From NCBI GenBank assembly GCA_050084985.1, contig JBITNC010000002.1:26164001-26228000 (forward strand): a DNA stretch of 64,000 nucleotides. The letters are read 5' to 3'. This document shows, in pieces, positions 24,776-37,351 of the stretch. Below the pieces are notes generated by a model that searched no databases, had not been told where the DNA came from, and saw nothing but the letters and a program-made list of their open reading frames with translations. The first letter of the stretch is position 1, and each line of letters starts with the position of its first letter. This stretch comes from Nageia nagi. Its lineage: Eukaryota > Plantae > Pinophyta. A program made the position numbers and the translations under genes.

Positions 24776-27125
24776 AAGTAAAATTATACCAATTCCCCCC
24801 TTTTCACTTAAAGTTTTATCCCTAAAAAAAAAAAAAAACTTGTATGCTAAGACTTGTCTTGTAAGTATGCATTTTAAGTAAAAAAATTCCCTTATTTACT
24901 TAAAAAAATAGCATACTTAGACTAAATTACTATGCTTAGAGAGAAAAAAAATGCTAAGAGGTTAGCATTCTAGAAATTGCATTTGCACCTTAGTAAATTA
25001 AACATACAATATTAAAAATATTCTAAGCATTTTTTTTTTAAAATAAGTTAAGTTTAACTTAAAATAAGTTAAAAATATTCACCACTTACCAAGTCTCCAA
25101 GAATTAAAGGAGACCCATACCCCTACTTAATTCATTTTAATGCTTCTCCTACCAAAGCTTTTCCAAATAACAAAAAATACTCTAAGTCAAAAACAAATAA
25201 ATGCTTTTGGTAAAAAAGTGATGGCTCCCTTCTCTTACCAAGAAGGAGAATACATTGGAATTTCATGTGCATGTAAGGAAGGTGAAAAGTAGTCAACAAA
25301 AAATTAATACTCAAGGGGTTTGGTTGGGTCTTTAAGACTTAGGTGGTAAAAAATTAAATCCCCTTTCTACTTGGTAAAACAAAAAAAATAAATGCATGTT
25401 TGTTCTTAAGAAATGACCCCCCTTTTTTCTTTTACCAAGAAGAGCACGTTGCTTGTGGAGGAGCATAAAAAGAAGGTAAAAATGGTCAACAAGAATTAAT
25501 GCTCAACAAGAAAGGAAGGAGTACACATAAGGTTTCAATTAATGGTGAGATGGAAGAGGAGGCTTGTGCAGGAGGATGGCGCAAGAGAAGAGGGAGGAGA
25601 ATGTTAAATTGTCTTTTAGCCTTTGCAGAGTTTGGTTTTACATCTGAAGACAGTCACATTGGTGTAGACGTCTCTTTGGGATCTACATGAAACCATTTTT
25701 GTATTCTACGTTGCTTGAGACAGCGTGGCAAGCAAGTCCCAGCTGTGTGTGCGAAGGGCCGAGAGGGAGGCTGGTGGTGGTCAAATCTTCACGTGTGCAG
25801 GCAGAGGTGCGCAAGGAGATACAGTGACGAGGAGATGGCGTCTCGCGTTTTGGCGACTGGTATTCTGAGAGGTCGCGCCCAGCTGGCGAGGGAGAAGGCT
25901 GCGGGTGGAGGTAGACTCTCTTCAATGTAGGCAACCTTAGTTTGACTCCTCCGGGTCTTCCTCACCTCCACACACAACAAGAAGGCAGCAGGCAGGTGAC
26001 GTTGTTTAAACTCGTTTGACTAGGAGTTGATTGTGGGAGGCATTCTGTCAAACAATGCGCAGACTCTCCTCAACGTATCTGTTTTGTGCATATTCTGTGA
26101 TCATTGTAGTCCATGAAACTAGTCTGCATCCTGCGTCTTGGCAAACGAATCACGTACCCATTCAACGTATCCGTTTTGGGCACTGCCTGCTATCATTTGC
26201 AGTCCATGCAACGGTGTTTGCGATCAGTGCAGGCTATGAAGTGCATCGCAGGACGTGGAGGTGGAGGCTGTCGGGCGGAGCAAGTCGTGCCGTAGCCGTG
26301 GGAGGAGGAGGCGGTCGCGCGAGGCGGCCGTGGGAGGAGGCGATCGCTGCAGCCATTTAATTAATTTGACCCCCCCAAATATAATTTTTGACTATATGAT
26401 TTTAATTTATTTAATTGTGACCCCTTTTAAACGTTTTTAAAATATATATATATATATATATATTTTTGATTATTTTAAACAAAAATAAAATATATATATT
26501 TTTTGATTATTTTAAACAAAAATAAAAATATATATATATATATATATATTATTGAGCCTTTGAAATTTTGTAATAAAACTCAAAAAACAAATTGTCCTCT
26601 CTAATTTTTTTGTAAATGTTCATGCCTTTGCTTAGGAACATATCAATAACTCACTAATGGTAGTATATATGAGAAATTTAAGCAAATAGTAATAACATAA
26701 TTAATGTTAGTATATATTGCAAGTTTCATCATATATTGATAAATTGAACCAACACATACATTTAAGTTCAATATAATAAATTAACTTTCACTTGTGTTTA
26801 CTTTAAACAAGAAAAGTAAACCTCAAGAAATTAGTTGCTACTAACAAACAAAATGTTAGTAAAAATATTTGCATTTCATAGTATCCTCTTAAAAAAGGTA
26901 TATCATGTATCAAGCATTTTTGTAAAAAAAATGCTACTAACATAAGAGGTTAGTATAAGAAAAAAAATACTTGCATTTGTCATTTTAATCATATTTTGCA
27001 AGAAATAAGCTCCAATATCTCACAAAATATGTTATTATCTAATGCAATAATCCATAAGATAACCAAATGAGGAGGAATTTTATACTTTCTCTTAAAATTT
27101 ACCTCACCAATGGGGTGTAAGATGA

Positions 27126-27236
27126 GGAATGAAGAAGGATGAAGAACCTCCAAAATGTAGAAGAAGAGCTTCCACACCAAAGGAATGAAGAAGGATGAAG
27201 AACCTCCAAGATGTAGAAGAAGAGCTTCCACACCAA
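27126..27236. repeat. ~55-bp tandem duplication immediately next to the copia PBS
   Basis: AGGAATGAAGAAGGATGAAGAACCTCCAA.ATGTAGAAGAAGAGCTTCCACACCAA twice. Confidence 0.85.
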
Positions 27237-27723
27237 GCTCTAGATACCAATTGAGAGAATTAACACTACTCTAATCCTCAAGGTCCAAGACTAGGAAGCT
27301 CAATCACACAACATTCACACAAGATAACACAAGTGTAATGTGGTTCCTCCCTCCTTGGGAGTACATCCACAACTAGTATCTCAATTCTCAAGTATGCCCC
27401 TCTTACAACTATTTTCTTCCTCTCTCCTACACAAACTAGTAGAGTAATCTTACTCCAAAACTTAGATATGTTACAAGAGGAGAGGCCCTCTATTTATAGC
27501 TTGAGAGCACCTCTCTAACCTCCCTTTAACCCAAGGGTAAGGTTAGGGTTACAATAAATATGTGACCTAACTTTAACCTACCAACTAACCCCTTGGTTAG
27601 GTCAAAGTCCACACATAATAAAGAATTCAATTAATCCCTTAAGGTATCTACATATCCTTTAAGTGATTAATTGAACTTACAAAGAGTTTAGATATTCACA
27701 ATATTTCATTACAAATTCTAACA

Positions 27724-28110
27724 AGAAAAGACAATAAAAGATGGATTCCCGTGGATATTTTCTCTTTTTAATCTAATTATAGTTGGGAAAAAGAGTAACT
27801 TAAATGGGAATAAAAAGGTTTAATCTCAGAAAAATTTATCAAGGAAAACCCAACCTTAGTCCTAGTTTGTCTATATGCATAATCTGATGGATTTGATTGG
27901 TATTGGATCCCTCTTTGAAAGTAGTTGTTAAAAGCTGGTTTGATTCAATAATCATTTTTTAGCTTTTTGAAGCTAGGAGTGTAATATTTTGTAGCTATCT
28001 TTTCATCTTGTTTTTGTTCTTTTCTTTTGTTAGGTTGGTTGAAGTTTTCAAGGTAAATAATGCTTGGCTAGCCTTCTTTCGCATTGTATAAAAAAATGTT
28101 TAATATGAAT
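27724..28110 (+). mobile_element. Probable 3' remainder of the L1 LINE after the copia insertion (end approximate)
   Basis: Continues directly from the copia TSD; T-rich UTR-like tract ending in an A-rich segment. Confidence 0.45.
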
Positions 28111-28497
28111 AACAGGATGAGTCCTCAAACACTATGTACACATAATGAGGAGCAATCATTTATGCCAGCTAACCAGGTGTGATAGTTGCATGTTTGTAAC
28201 CATTTTGGCCTTCCTGGGAAAATGGAAATAAGAGAAATGTTATTTGTCATTTATGCAGAGAAATAGCTGAACACCTAAAGTTGATGTACCATGCCAGACA
28301 TGTAACAAAAAGGCAATAGCAGGAACTTGAAATGAGGCCTCAAAACTCATAACTTACATGGTCCATTTTGATTGAAAACCAAGACTTTGATGCAGTTGCC
28401 ACCTAGTTCAAAAATGAAGCACAAAACGAAATCACCAAGAACTCCATAAAGGTTCTGGCAAGCCACTAGAGACCAATCTAACAAAGTGCACACATCT

Positions 28498-29428
28498 AGG
28501 AAGTTCTGGTTGATCCATTCTTGATTGACCATTGAAATTCTGATGCAATAGGAAGTCGACCTCGTACTGTAATGCATCTTATATTCCTGGAATGAGCAGT
28601 CAATATCCACAATCTCCCTATGGAACCTTTTAATGTAAAGCTGAATATTCTAAATAGTATCAGTTGAGAAGTCTTGAATTAATGGACCACACCTGAAGAC
28701 ATTATAAATGCTTTCATGTGCGACCTTGTAGTCTGTGGACCGAGGACTTCCACGATAATCATCTTATGTGCAGAGTATCCATTCTATGACATTTCCCACA
28801 TCTCTGCTCACTGGCACTGTCTGGGTGAGTTAGATTTTGATTTACCAGTCTCATTCCTTTCAACATATTTGGCTAGATGCTCATGCATTTATTGTGGCAA
28901 CCTACCATGGTGCTAACCTGATTGGTGCCTGCTACTGCCGTATGATTCTTTTTTCTGTCCAGGAAGTTCTGGTTGATCCATTCTTGGTTTACCACTGAAA
29001 TTCTGATCCAATAGGAAGTCGACCTCATACTGTAATGCATCTAATATTCCTGGAATGAGCAGTCAATATCCACAATCTCCCTATGGAACCTTTTAATGTA
29101 AAAAACTGAATATTCTAAATTCTATCACTTGAGAAGTCTTGAATTAATGGACCACATCTGAAGACATTATAAATGCCTTCATGTGCGACCTTGGAGTCTA
29201 TAGACTGAGGACTTCCAGGATAATCATTTTATTTGCAGGGTGTGCATTCTATGATTTTTCCCGCATCTCTGCTCACTGGCACTGTCTGAGTGAGTTAGAT
29301 TTTGATTTACCAGTGTCATCCCGTTTGACATATTTGGCTAGATGCCCATGCATTTATTGTGGAAAGCTACCATGGTGCTAACCTGATTGGTGCCTGCTGC
29401 TGCTGCTTTATGATTCTTTCTTCTGTCC
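28498..29428. repeat. ~465-bp direct tandem duplication (28498-28960 and 28961-29428)
   Basis: Both copies start AGGAAGTTCTGGTTGATCCATTCTTG and end TGATTCTTT.TTCTGTCC; paired ORFs 28716-28916 and 29181-29381. Confidence 0.92.
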
Positions 29429-30479
29429 AACTTGACTGTAATTCCTTTCCCCACTTTGTCCTTACCAAAGGAATCTTCTAACTGGAAAATTGATATTAAA
29501 GTTGGAAATCATATGCCTTTTTATAAAATTTAGCACTAGAAACAACTAAAATGGTGGGATAAAAAATGGAATATGGAAATATGTAGATATTTTTTGTATA
29601 GCCTGTCAAACATATTAGGAATGTATTTATGTGAAACTACTTGTTAGGTTTGGATGTTAGAAGTGAAACCGCCTTATAGTAGGTGCTAGATACTAGCCTG
29701 GAGTTTGCATGAGCTCCTATTATGTCATTTGCAACCAATATAATGCCAATTGTATTTTGAAGACTAACTAGATGTACTGCAAAGTGATACTTCATGTTTT
29801 TGTTTTGAGTGGGGTTGACTCTCATTATCTGATTGCTGTGTTTTATTCAATTTGTCTCCCTTGAAATTGATTGGAGAATTTGCATATGATATATGGGCAA
29901 AATTTACTTTCAAATCCTGATTGATATTTTTCAAAGAAACTTTAAGACTCCTACTCTATAATCATACCAAAACAATATTTCTAATTAGAAATTTTCTCTT
30001 AGAGTTTTGACTTCTAAGAGTTACTTGGCAACATCAGATTTTTCAGTCTGTAGGAGCATATTAGCCACTAATAGTATTATTGGTAATCCTTGTACTTAGC
30101 CAGTTTGGTGAATATCGCCAAAAGATAAGTCAATGCAAAGCATTTAATTGGCTTTGGTGACTATTGAAAGAGGTTACTTGTGTGCCTATTCAGTTAAAAC
30201 CAAACTGTTTTGTGCATTGTCACTGTACAAGGATATATTGATTTTATACTTTTGGAACAGTTAAAGAAATTTGTGTTTGAATATTAATAGCAAATTTTCA
30301 GATATATGCTTTTTGTGTTTCCCTTCTAAGAGTTCATATAATTATCATTCCCATTTTGCATTGAACTAGCTCTGTTAGAAAGTAAAGAATGGAACTTTAT
30401 TGAACTCATAAAAGGAAGTGTTTGTGCAAATATGCGGGTAAACTTACATGAGTGGCATGTTGTGCTTATTGGTGCAGCC

Positions 30480-30540
30480 ATGGGAGATAGCACTAACAAC
30501 ATTTCATCACTGATGTATCGCATTGAACAACTTGAGCAAG
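30480..30540 (+). CDS. Host gene coding exon 1: coiled-coil, myosin-heavy-chain-related protein, At2g14680/MEE13-like
   Basis: Acceptor GGTGCAG ending 30477, ATG 30480, MGDSTNNISSLMYRIEQLEQ+G, donor G|GTAATC at 30541; phase 1 joins the exon at 61316. Confidence 0.85.
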
Positions 30541-31309
30541 GTAATCTGTATTTTTGCCATCTGTTGATTAATTCTATCTCGATGCAATATTCTGAAAACC
30601 AAATATTGTTAAATATGAAGGTAAAATGAATCTATACTAACATTATTTTTGAAAATAAGGTATTACAGCTTCTTGTATCCACATCAATATGTTTTGAACA
30701 CTTGTAGCCCTAGATAGGTTTTCTATCTCTATGTTACCGATTGGATTTCAGTAGGAAAGATTGTTCTATAAAAGGAAAATTTTGGAAACTGTAATCTCCT
30801 TTGCCACTATTTATGACTCAGAAGCTAACAGAGAATTATTAAAACCTGCTGTATCTAATAGTTTTGAACCATATTAGCTCTCTTCTAAATTGATGTTCAC
30901 CGTACCTTTTATTTGTAACTAGTTATGTAGACCCATTGTTTGACTCTTATCTTATATCTGTTTTATTACTTCTAGGGTATGTATTCAACAGAGTCCTCTT
31001 GACTTATTTTACTGGTGGAGGATTTTGGTGGCTAATATTAACTTGTTGGCTAATTTCGTAGTTTTCCTCCAAAAAGTACTCACAAAAAGAACAATTTAGA
31101 AGAAAGCTACTTAGAGGTGTTTATCAAATATTTAAAATTGAGATTTTCTGTTAGAAAATATCAAGCAAGCAAGCTGAAAACAACAGCGGAAATTATAAAT
31201 GGAAATAACACGAGAGATTTAAGTGGAAACCTTGCTGTGTGCAAGAAAAAACCACAAGACAATGACAAATTCAATCTTTTATTTATCTTAGAGAACTTTA
31301 TATATCAAC

Positions 31310-32083
31310 CAGTATTTGAAAACTTTGACTCAGGAACTACCCGGCAAGTAAAATTTTGGAGAGTACTCAGAATCTTGAAGAGTACTCAAGAAAAACATGG
31401 AACAAAAACTTGGTGAAAAAAACCTTGAACATTTCATGAAAAAAATACAAAAAGATAGTTAAATTTAAGTTGCAAAAAACTTGTAAAACAGTTGCGTTTC
31501 CATTTTGAAAACTTCCGGAAACTCGGAAACTTGTAAAGTGTCATCTATAAGGCGTATTTTGGATTTTGCATCATGTGATCATCTATGGGAGTTAATATAG
31601 ACATGGTTTTCCTTATAAAATGTTATTTATGTGTATCATTCTTATTTTTTTACAAGTTAATGTGGTATTTCAAAAAAACAGATATAAATAACACGTTTTG
31701 CCCGATGTACCCATTTTGGAGGGGTCACATTTCCAAGCATTCCTGTTTCGGAAACTTGGAAATGTTTTCATGTTTCATGCGACTTAGATTTAAATATGAA
31801 ATTAATGGTCCATCTTCAAATGAGCAAAACATCGAGCAAACAATGGAATGAGAAGAATGAGACATAATGAGGCAATTTAAAGGCTCTTTTTTGGTGTTGA
31901 TTGTCTTTTTTTTTCCACGTCTTTTTGGTTTGTTTTGACGTTAGATGAGTAACCGATGAGCAATTGGCCAAGTAACCATTGGAAACTGCTAGGGCCAAGT
32001 AATGCCCCCGAGTTACTTATTTTGCTTGTGAATTGCGAATTCCCACAAGTAACAAGCGATTACTCGCGCATTTTCAAACAATG
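31310..32083. mobile_element. Non-autonomous hAT/MITE inserted in the copia LTR
   Basis: TIRs CAGTATTTGAAAA / TTTTCAAACAATG; TSD ATATCAAC/ATATCACT; absent from the partner LTR. Confidence 0.8.
31465..31787. mobile_element. hAT-type MITE (family shared with 57649-57987, opposite orientation)
   Basis: Ends TTAAGTTGCA / TGCGACTTAG; TSD AGTTAAAT/ATTTAAAT. Confidence 0.85.
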
Positions 32084-32229
32084 ATATCACTTACAAAGGA
32101 TCATTTATTCTTTATAGAACAACAATACATCTGTTAATAGAGCAACGATACATCTATTAATAGAACAATTGTACATCCATAAATAGGACAATAGTACATC
32201 TTTTAATACAACAACAAACATCTAATAAC

Positions 32230-32455
32230 AACCACCATGCATGCAGGCACATGTATGTTCATATATCGTACATGCATGTTCATCCACCATGCTTGCATGC
32301 ACATGTATGTTTATATATCGTACATGCATGTTCATCCACCATGCATGCATGCATGCATGCATACACATACATGCATGCTCATCCACCATGCATGCTCATC
32401 CATCCAACATGCACGCTTATCCACCATGCATGCTCATCCATCATACATGCATGTT
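32230..32455. repeat. CATG/CATGCA-rich tandem repeats in the copia LTR (equivalent block at ~41860-42140)
   Basis: Repeated ATCCACCATGCATGC and CATGCATG units. Confidence 0.9.
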
Positions 32456-34089
32456 GTAGAACATTGGAGATCTGGATATTGACATCACCTCTTAATATTC
32501 TCCCACTTGAAGTTGATTTACAAGAATTCCTTGCCTACATTTTCCATCCTAGTGCCAATTGCCCAATCTTGCCCTCATTTTATTTTCAATAAGCCCAAAA
32601 GAGTTTTGCACCAATCAAGCTTCTCTCCATAATAAATAGCAACATTCAAAGTGCCCTTCTATTTGAATATCTACTTCACTGTAGTCCAATGCTCTCTACC
32701 AACATTTGCCATAAACCAACTAACAACTTTAACTGTTTAGGCAATGTGTGGTCTGGTTGTAATGGCCCCCTTTTTGGGTTCTCGTGAATAGCGTTTGGTA
32801 TTGACCTTTTGGGTGTGTCAACCTTATTAGAGGGGTTATTTGATGTTACCTGTGAGTTCAGATGGTCTAGGGGTCCCATATGACGTTTTAAGATGTTATT
32901 TCCGACTTCTGCTATGTTCTCCAAGATTCCTGGAGAGAGTCCATTTATAATAAGTCACCCGATTGGGTCCGATTCTCATTATTTATCATTGTGATCATTT
33001 TGGTATCATCAATTTTTGATTATGATGCTTTTCGATTGTTTTTGCAACTCGGGTGTAATATTGAGTTCTATTTTAATTAGTTTCACTAGGGTGGCTATTT
33101 TAATTAAAATATTTTAATGGGCACCTTAGTGTTGTAGCTTGTTGGAATTGGGATGGAAAGTTTTAAATGTTGGGATGCTAATAAAGTGATTTTGGTGTCG
33201 AGAATAATTAATAATGAATCAAGTCATTTTTCAAGTGTATAAGGCTTAATTAATTAATAAAGTGATTTTATATTGATTTTCCAGAAAGTTCCCAGACAAG
33301 GTTATAAAATGGGGATTTGTGAGCTCATTTGGAATTATGGATGTTATTCTATTTTCTCTGATTGAAACCCTTGTGGTTTTTGGGAGATAGAACTTGGTTC
33401 ATCTCAGCTTTCTGGAGGACGAAAACCCTCTCGGAGAAGAGTAATCTTGGTGGTGAAAGATCCTCCTTGGTTAATTTGGTGAGGCTCATTTAGAGGTATA
33501 GGTTGTGCAAGAAGGAGATTTATATATCTGGCTGTATAGGTCTAGGGCAATATATTTTGGTTATTAGTGATCTGAAGTTCGTGATCAGATCTGAAGTTTG
33601 TGATCAGTTTTGAAAGTTTGCAAAGATTTGGATCCATTCTCAAAACCCTAGCTTGCTTGTTTAGAGTTCTTTTTTAGATCTAAATGTTGGTTGCCATATT
33701 TTTGTTTGGAGATTTATTTGGTGACATTATCTATGCTTCGGTTGCTGTTAGTAGCGTCAAACTCAACTTATACATCTACTGTTCATGATCATGTGAGTGG
33801 TTGTACTACCTTGAAAGACATATCTCACATATGACAAGGTATCAGATCTGCTTAGATCTCTTGGATCTGATTTTTGGGTATGTTTGTAATATCAATTTGA
33901 AGCTATTTTACATTCTGGGTATTGTTAGTTTCATTATCTTTTTGCTGTCCAAACTCTAATAAATTTGAAGTAATTTTCAGTTTTTGGGTATTTTCAAATA
34001 TTGAGTATTTTGGTGTTTAAAAAAAAAGTAGGGTGTTTATTACAGTGGTATCAGAGCTGGTGATCCTGCCAGCTTGTGTATGATAGAAG

Positions 34090-34735
34090 ATGGCCAACAG
34101 GGAAAAGAGTCCTTAGACAGAACAATTTAGAAAATCATTCAAACTCATGAAGTTTGAGCCTTCACTGAAAGTAATGGATGTGAGTAGTATGATTTATGCA
34201 TTGGGAAAACAACTTGAGTCTGGACATCAGTCAAAGAATGTTCTCTTTAGCAGGTTGGAAGAAATGGAAATGTGTGTGTCAAACTTAGACTTATCTGAGT
34301 GAAATTATGAGAATCTCGGCTCCTGAAGCACCCTACAATGATGACATAATGAAGGAGATATTACAACTGATTGTTGAGAGCTTTCATGGGTTAGATGATA
34401 TCAGAAGCACTTCTTTTGGTAAGAGGGTTAAGATGTTTGGAGTGATGGCAAAAGTCAGATCTTGTTTTCTTCTGATAGATTTAGATTGTGATGATCTTAT
34501 TCTTCGAATACTTGGTCATTTCATAGTTTCTATCAGTAAGGATCATGAAGAAACTATATCTTCTTGCATGCAAACTATTATGGCTCTAATAATTAATGAA
34601 AGTGATGCTATCTTCCAACCCATTTTAGCTATGTCGGTGGCTGTTTTGAGGCAAGAATGGGTTACTAATTCAGCTGCATATGAACTGGTTAACAGTGTGT
34701 CCATACAATGTGAGGAGAAGCTGAACCTCACTTGA
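34090..34735 (+). pseudogene. PDS5: Intronless PDS5 (sister chromatid cohesion protein) N-terminal fragment
   Basis: ALGKQLES..SKNVL..LEE...LSEIMRISAPEAPYNDDIMKEILQLIVESF..L.D..S.SFGKRV...MAKVRSC..L.DLDCDDLI..MQTIM..I..ES..C..KL matches the plant PDS5 N-terminus as I recall it; contains a stop, a deletion and a frameshift. Confidence 0.88.
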
Positions 34736-37164
34736 GCAGGTGGAAAAATCAGAAATTGTTGATGAAGAAACTGCCTTACCTCAAGAGGACATGGGAAAAG
34801 GCGTATTTGTAGCAGTTGAGGAGTTTGATGCTGCTGAACCTTTTGGAACAACACCTAACATGGAGTCTAAATCAGCCTATAGTTCTAAAACTTCCTTGGG
34901 GCATAATGTTGATCAAAATGGTTATGAGGAGGAAACAGATTTTGAAGGGCATTTTGCTTTTTACGAAAAAAGAAATTTCAGAATTTTGGCTACATGGAGA
35001 ATTAAGTCAGAGGGTTGAGCATAGTTCTAGACAATTGTGTGAGTTGAAGAGCCAACTTTTGGTTTCATACGAGAGAGAAAGCCAAGTTCTTGTGGGGTTG
35101 GACAGCCACAAAGACTTAGAAGATGTCTTGAGAGGAGCCATTGAAGGGAAAGTTTCTTCTTCAAACTTGGAAAATATTAAAGACTCTTTGGAGAGTGATT
35201 GATTCGGAGAGACAACCACTCATGAGGAGAACAATGAACATATTTTCTCTTAACAAAGCAACCAACTCTTAAGTCCTTGGGATCTGGATTTGTTGGCACT
35301 TAAATATGATAAACTTGTGTGGGATAAAGTATGAACTTCCTTTTGACTATAATGGCGTTTGAACTTTATCTCAGGAGTTATGCATGGAGGATGGCATTGA
35401 GGAAGCTGATTTTGAGGGTTTTTATCCCGGAAAACAAATCAGAATCAACATTGCATGGAGCTGATTTTGAGCAAAGGCCTAGTGACTTTGCTGTTTTGGA
35501 TCCACAACTTACTGTTGAAAAAGGTAAAGGAGAGGCACATGAGGCTTGGGACAGCCAAGGAGACACCATTGAAAGGTATGATGAATCATGTATATTTCCT
35601 AGCAGCAGTTCAATTATGCATGATTGTGTCATTCATAATGAAATTTTGAAGGCCAAAAATAAGAACTTGGAAGATCCCTAATTTGATGAGGAGGTTAATA
35701 TAAATAATTGTTCTTGTGCATCTGCAAATGGAGAGGAGTACATGAATCTTCATGATAATATTGAGATTGAAGAATCAGCTGATTTGGAGTTTGTCTAAAT
35801 CAACAACTAAGGAAGGTGTAAATGTTTTTGATGACTCATGGATTGAGCATAGAGCTACCCTAATTTCAATTCGGAAATTTGGTAAATGTAATGATAGAGT
35901 GGTAGCTGATTTTGAAAATTATGCTATAGAAGGCAAACCAGAAATTTTGTTGTGTGATGCTAGTGACAAACATGGACCTAATGCTTTGCAAGAATTGAAG
36001 GATCAATTGTTGGTCACTGAGGAAAAGGTTGTTCAAACCTAACTCATTTTGATGGCACTCGCCTGTTCATTGAACACCTCCTTTGGACAGCACAACTTGA
36101 AGAGAGACAAAAGGGCTCTACGGTTGGTATCACTATATCAAGTCTTTAGACAATCAAACATGCTTTAGAGGTAATAAAATTAGATTTCCTGCATTTGCTT
36201 TCAGATCAAGTTTGCAAGGAAGACTTATAGAGCACTCAGAAAAGGAGAAAGAAGTTGATAAACTCAACTTTGAGTTAAGTTTAGCTCACGTTTCTCTCTA
36301 CAAAGCACAAAAACAGTCACTTGTCGCAGCCACATTGAAGGAACAAGAATGTGATACAAGAACTATGGAGGTTGAACAAATGATTGAAGGAATTAATCAG
36401 CTTGGGAGTGACGACGAAGTTCTCAATGACTGCAATAGCTCTACTATCATGAAGATTCAACATGATGATAGTGCTTGGGTAGAGCATCAAGAGTGCAATT
36501 CCGTTTGGCTTGGTAAGCAGATTTTGCATGGTGAGGCAAACTTATCTCTTCATGGTTTGATGTGTGAGGGACCTCTTGATTCATGCAATGAGTAAGATGA
36601 GATATGGAATTGAAGTGATTGTTCAGGATTTCCAATGGAGCAAGCCAATGAATTCCACATTGATAGCATTGTGAGGTATGCTCATTATTTTTCTTTCAGC
36701 TTACATACAGATGATTTGACCATGTTTTTGATGACACATAAGAATGGGAAGGATGGCTGGAATAGGGGATTACATACATAACTTTGGTATGAGGTGCTCT
36801 CTCCTTTGATAGGAAAATCCGAAAGTTGCTGGTCTCTAGTTTGCTTCTACATGATGGTTGTTTTATTGGGATACAGGAAAAAGAAACAGAGACTTGGCAG
36901 GAGCCATCAAGTATTGGGAATGACAAACTCCACATTTGTCCATGGGATCTTGGTGGAGTATACCGATGGGAGCTTTTGATACATGAAGACTTCGCTATCA
37001 TGAAGATACTTCTTTTGATTGACTTGTGGCAGCAAATAGTTAAAATCTTCAGTTTTGACTTTGTTGTTTGGTTGTGTATCAGCCACCATATGACTCCAAT
37101 TGCATACTTACAAATGGATTGGAGGGAAATTTCAGTCAAGGAGTAGATAAACTTTCAGTTGGAA

Positions 37165-37351
37165 GTTGTTTGGGAGTTTTTTCCAGCCTATTCCGAGTTG
37201 ATTTTGAGCAATGCAATCCCACCTTTCGTGATCATACAGGGAATCTTCAAATTTGCAGTTGTTTGGGAGTTTTTTCCAGCCTCTTCTAAGTTGATTTTGA
37301 GCAATGCAATGCCCACCTTTCATGATCATGCAGGGAATCTTCAAATTTGCA
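37165..37351. repeat. ~93-bp tandem duplication inside the PDS5-carrying element
   Basis: GTTGTTTGGGAGTTTTT...GGGAATCTTCAAATTTGCA twice. Confidence 0.88.

Larger units (their letters stand above)
18497..27723 (-). mobile_element. Young full-length Ty1/copia LTR retrotransposon
   Basis: 472-bp LTRs 18497-18968 and 27252-27723 (about 8 substitutions, no indels by eye); perfect TSD AGAAA; iMet-type PBS TGGTATCTAGAGC; PPT AGGGGGAG next to 18968. Confidence 0.97.

Noticed and set aside
1290-29428. Single ancient gypsy element linking the RT relic at 1.3-2 kb with 28.2-29.4 kb
   Set aside because: No convincing gag/protease motifs or paired LTRs to support it
30432-30479. N-terminal extension MRVNLHEWHVVLIGAA of the host protein
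   Set aside because: A good acceptor (GGTGCAG) ends at 30477, so the upstream ATG is probably intronic
32237-32592. His/Met/Cys-rich ORFs as metal-binding peptides
   Set aside because: Produced in all three frames by CATG repeats in an LTR
34307-34735. Functional host PDS5 gene or exon
   Set aside because: Lies between LTRs behind a PBS, is truncated, and has a stop, deletion and frameshift upstream
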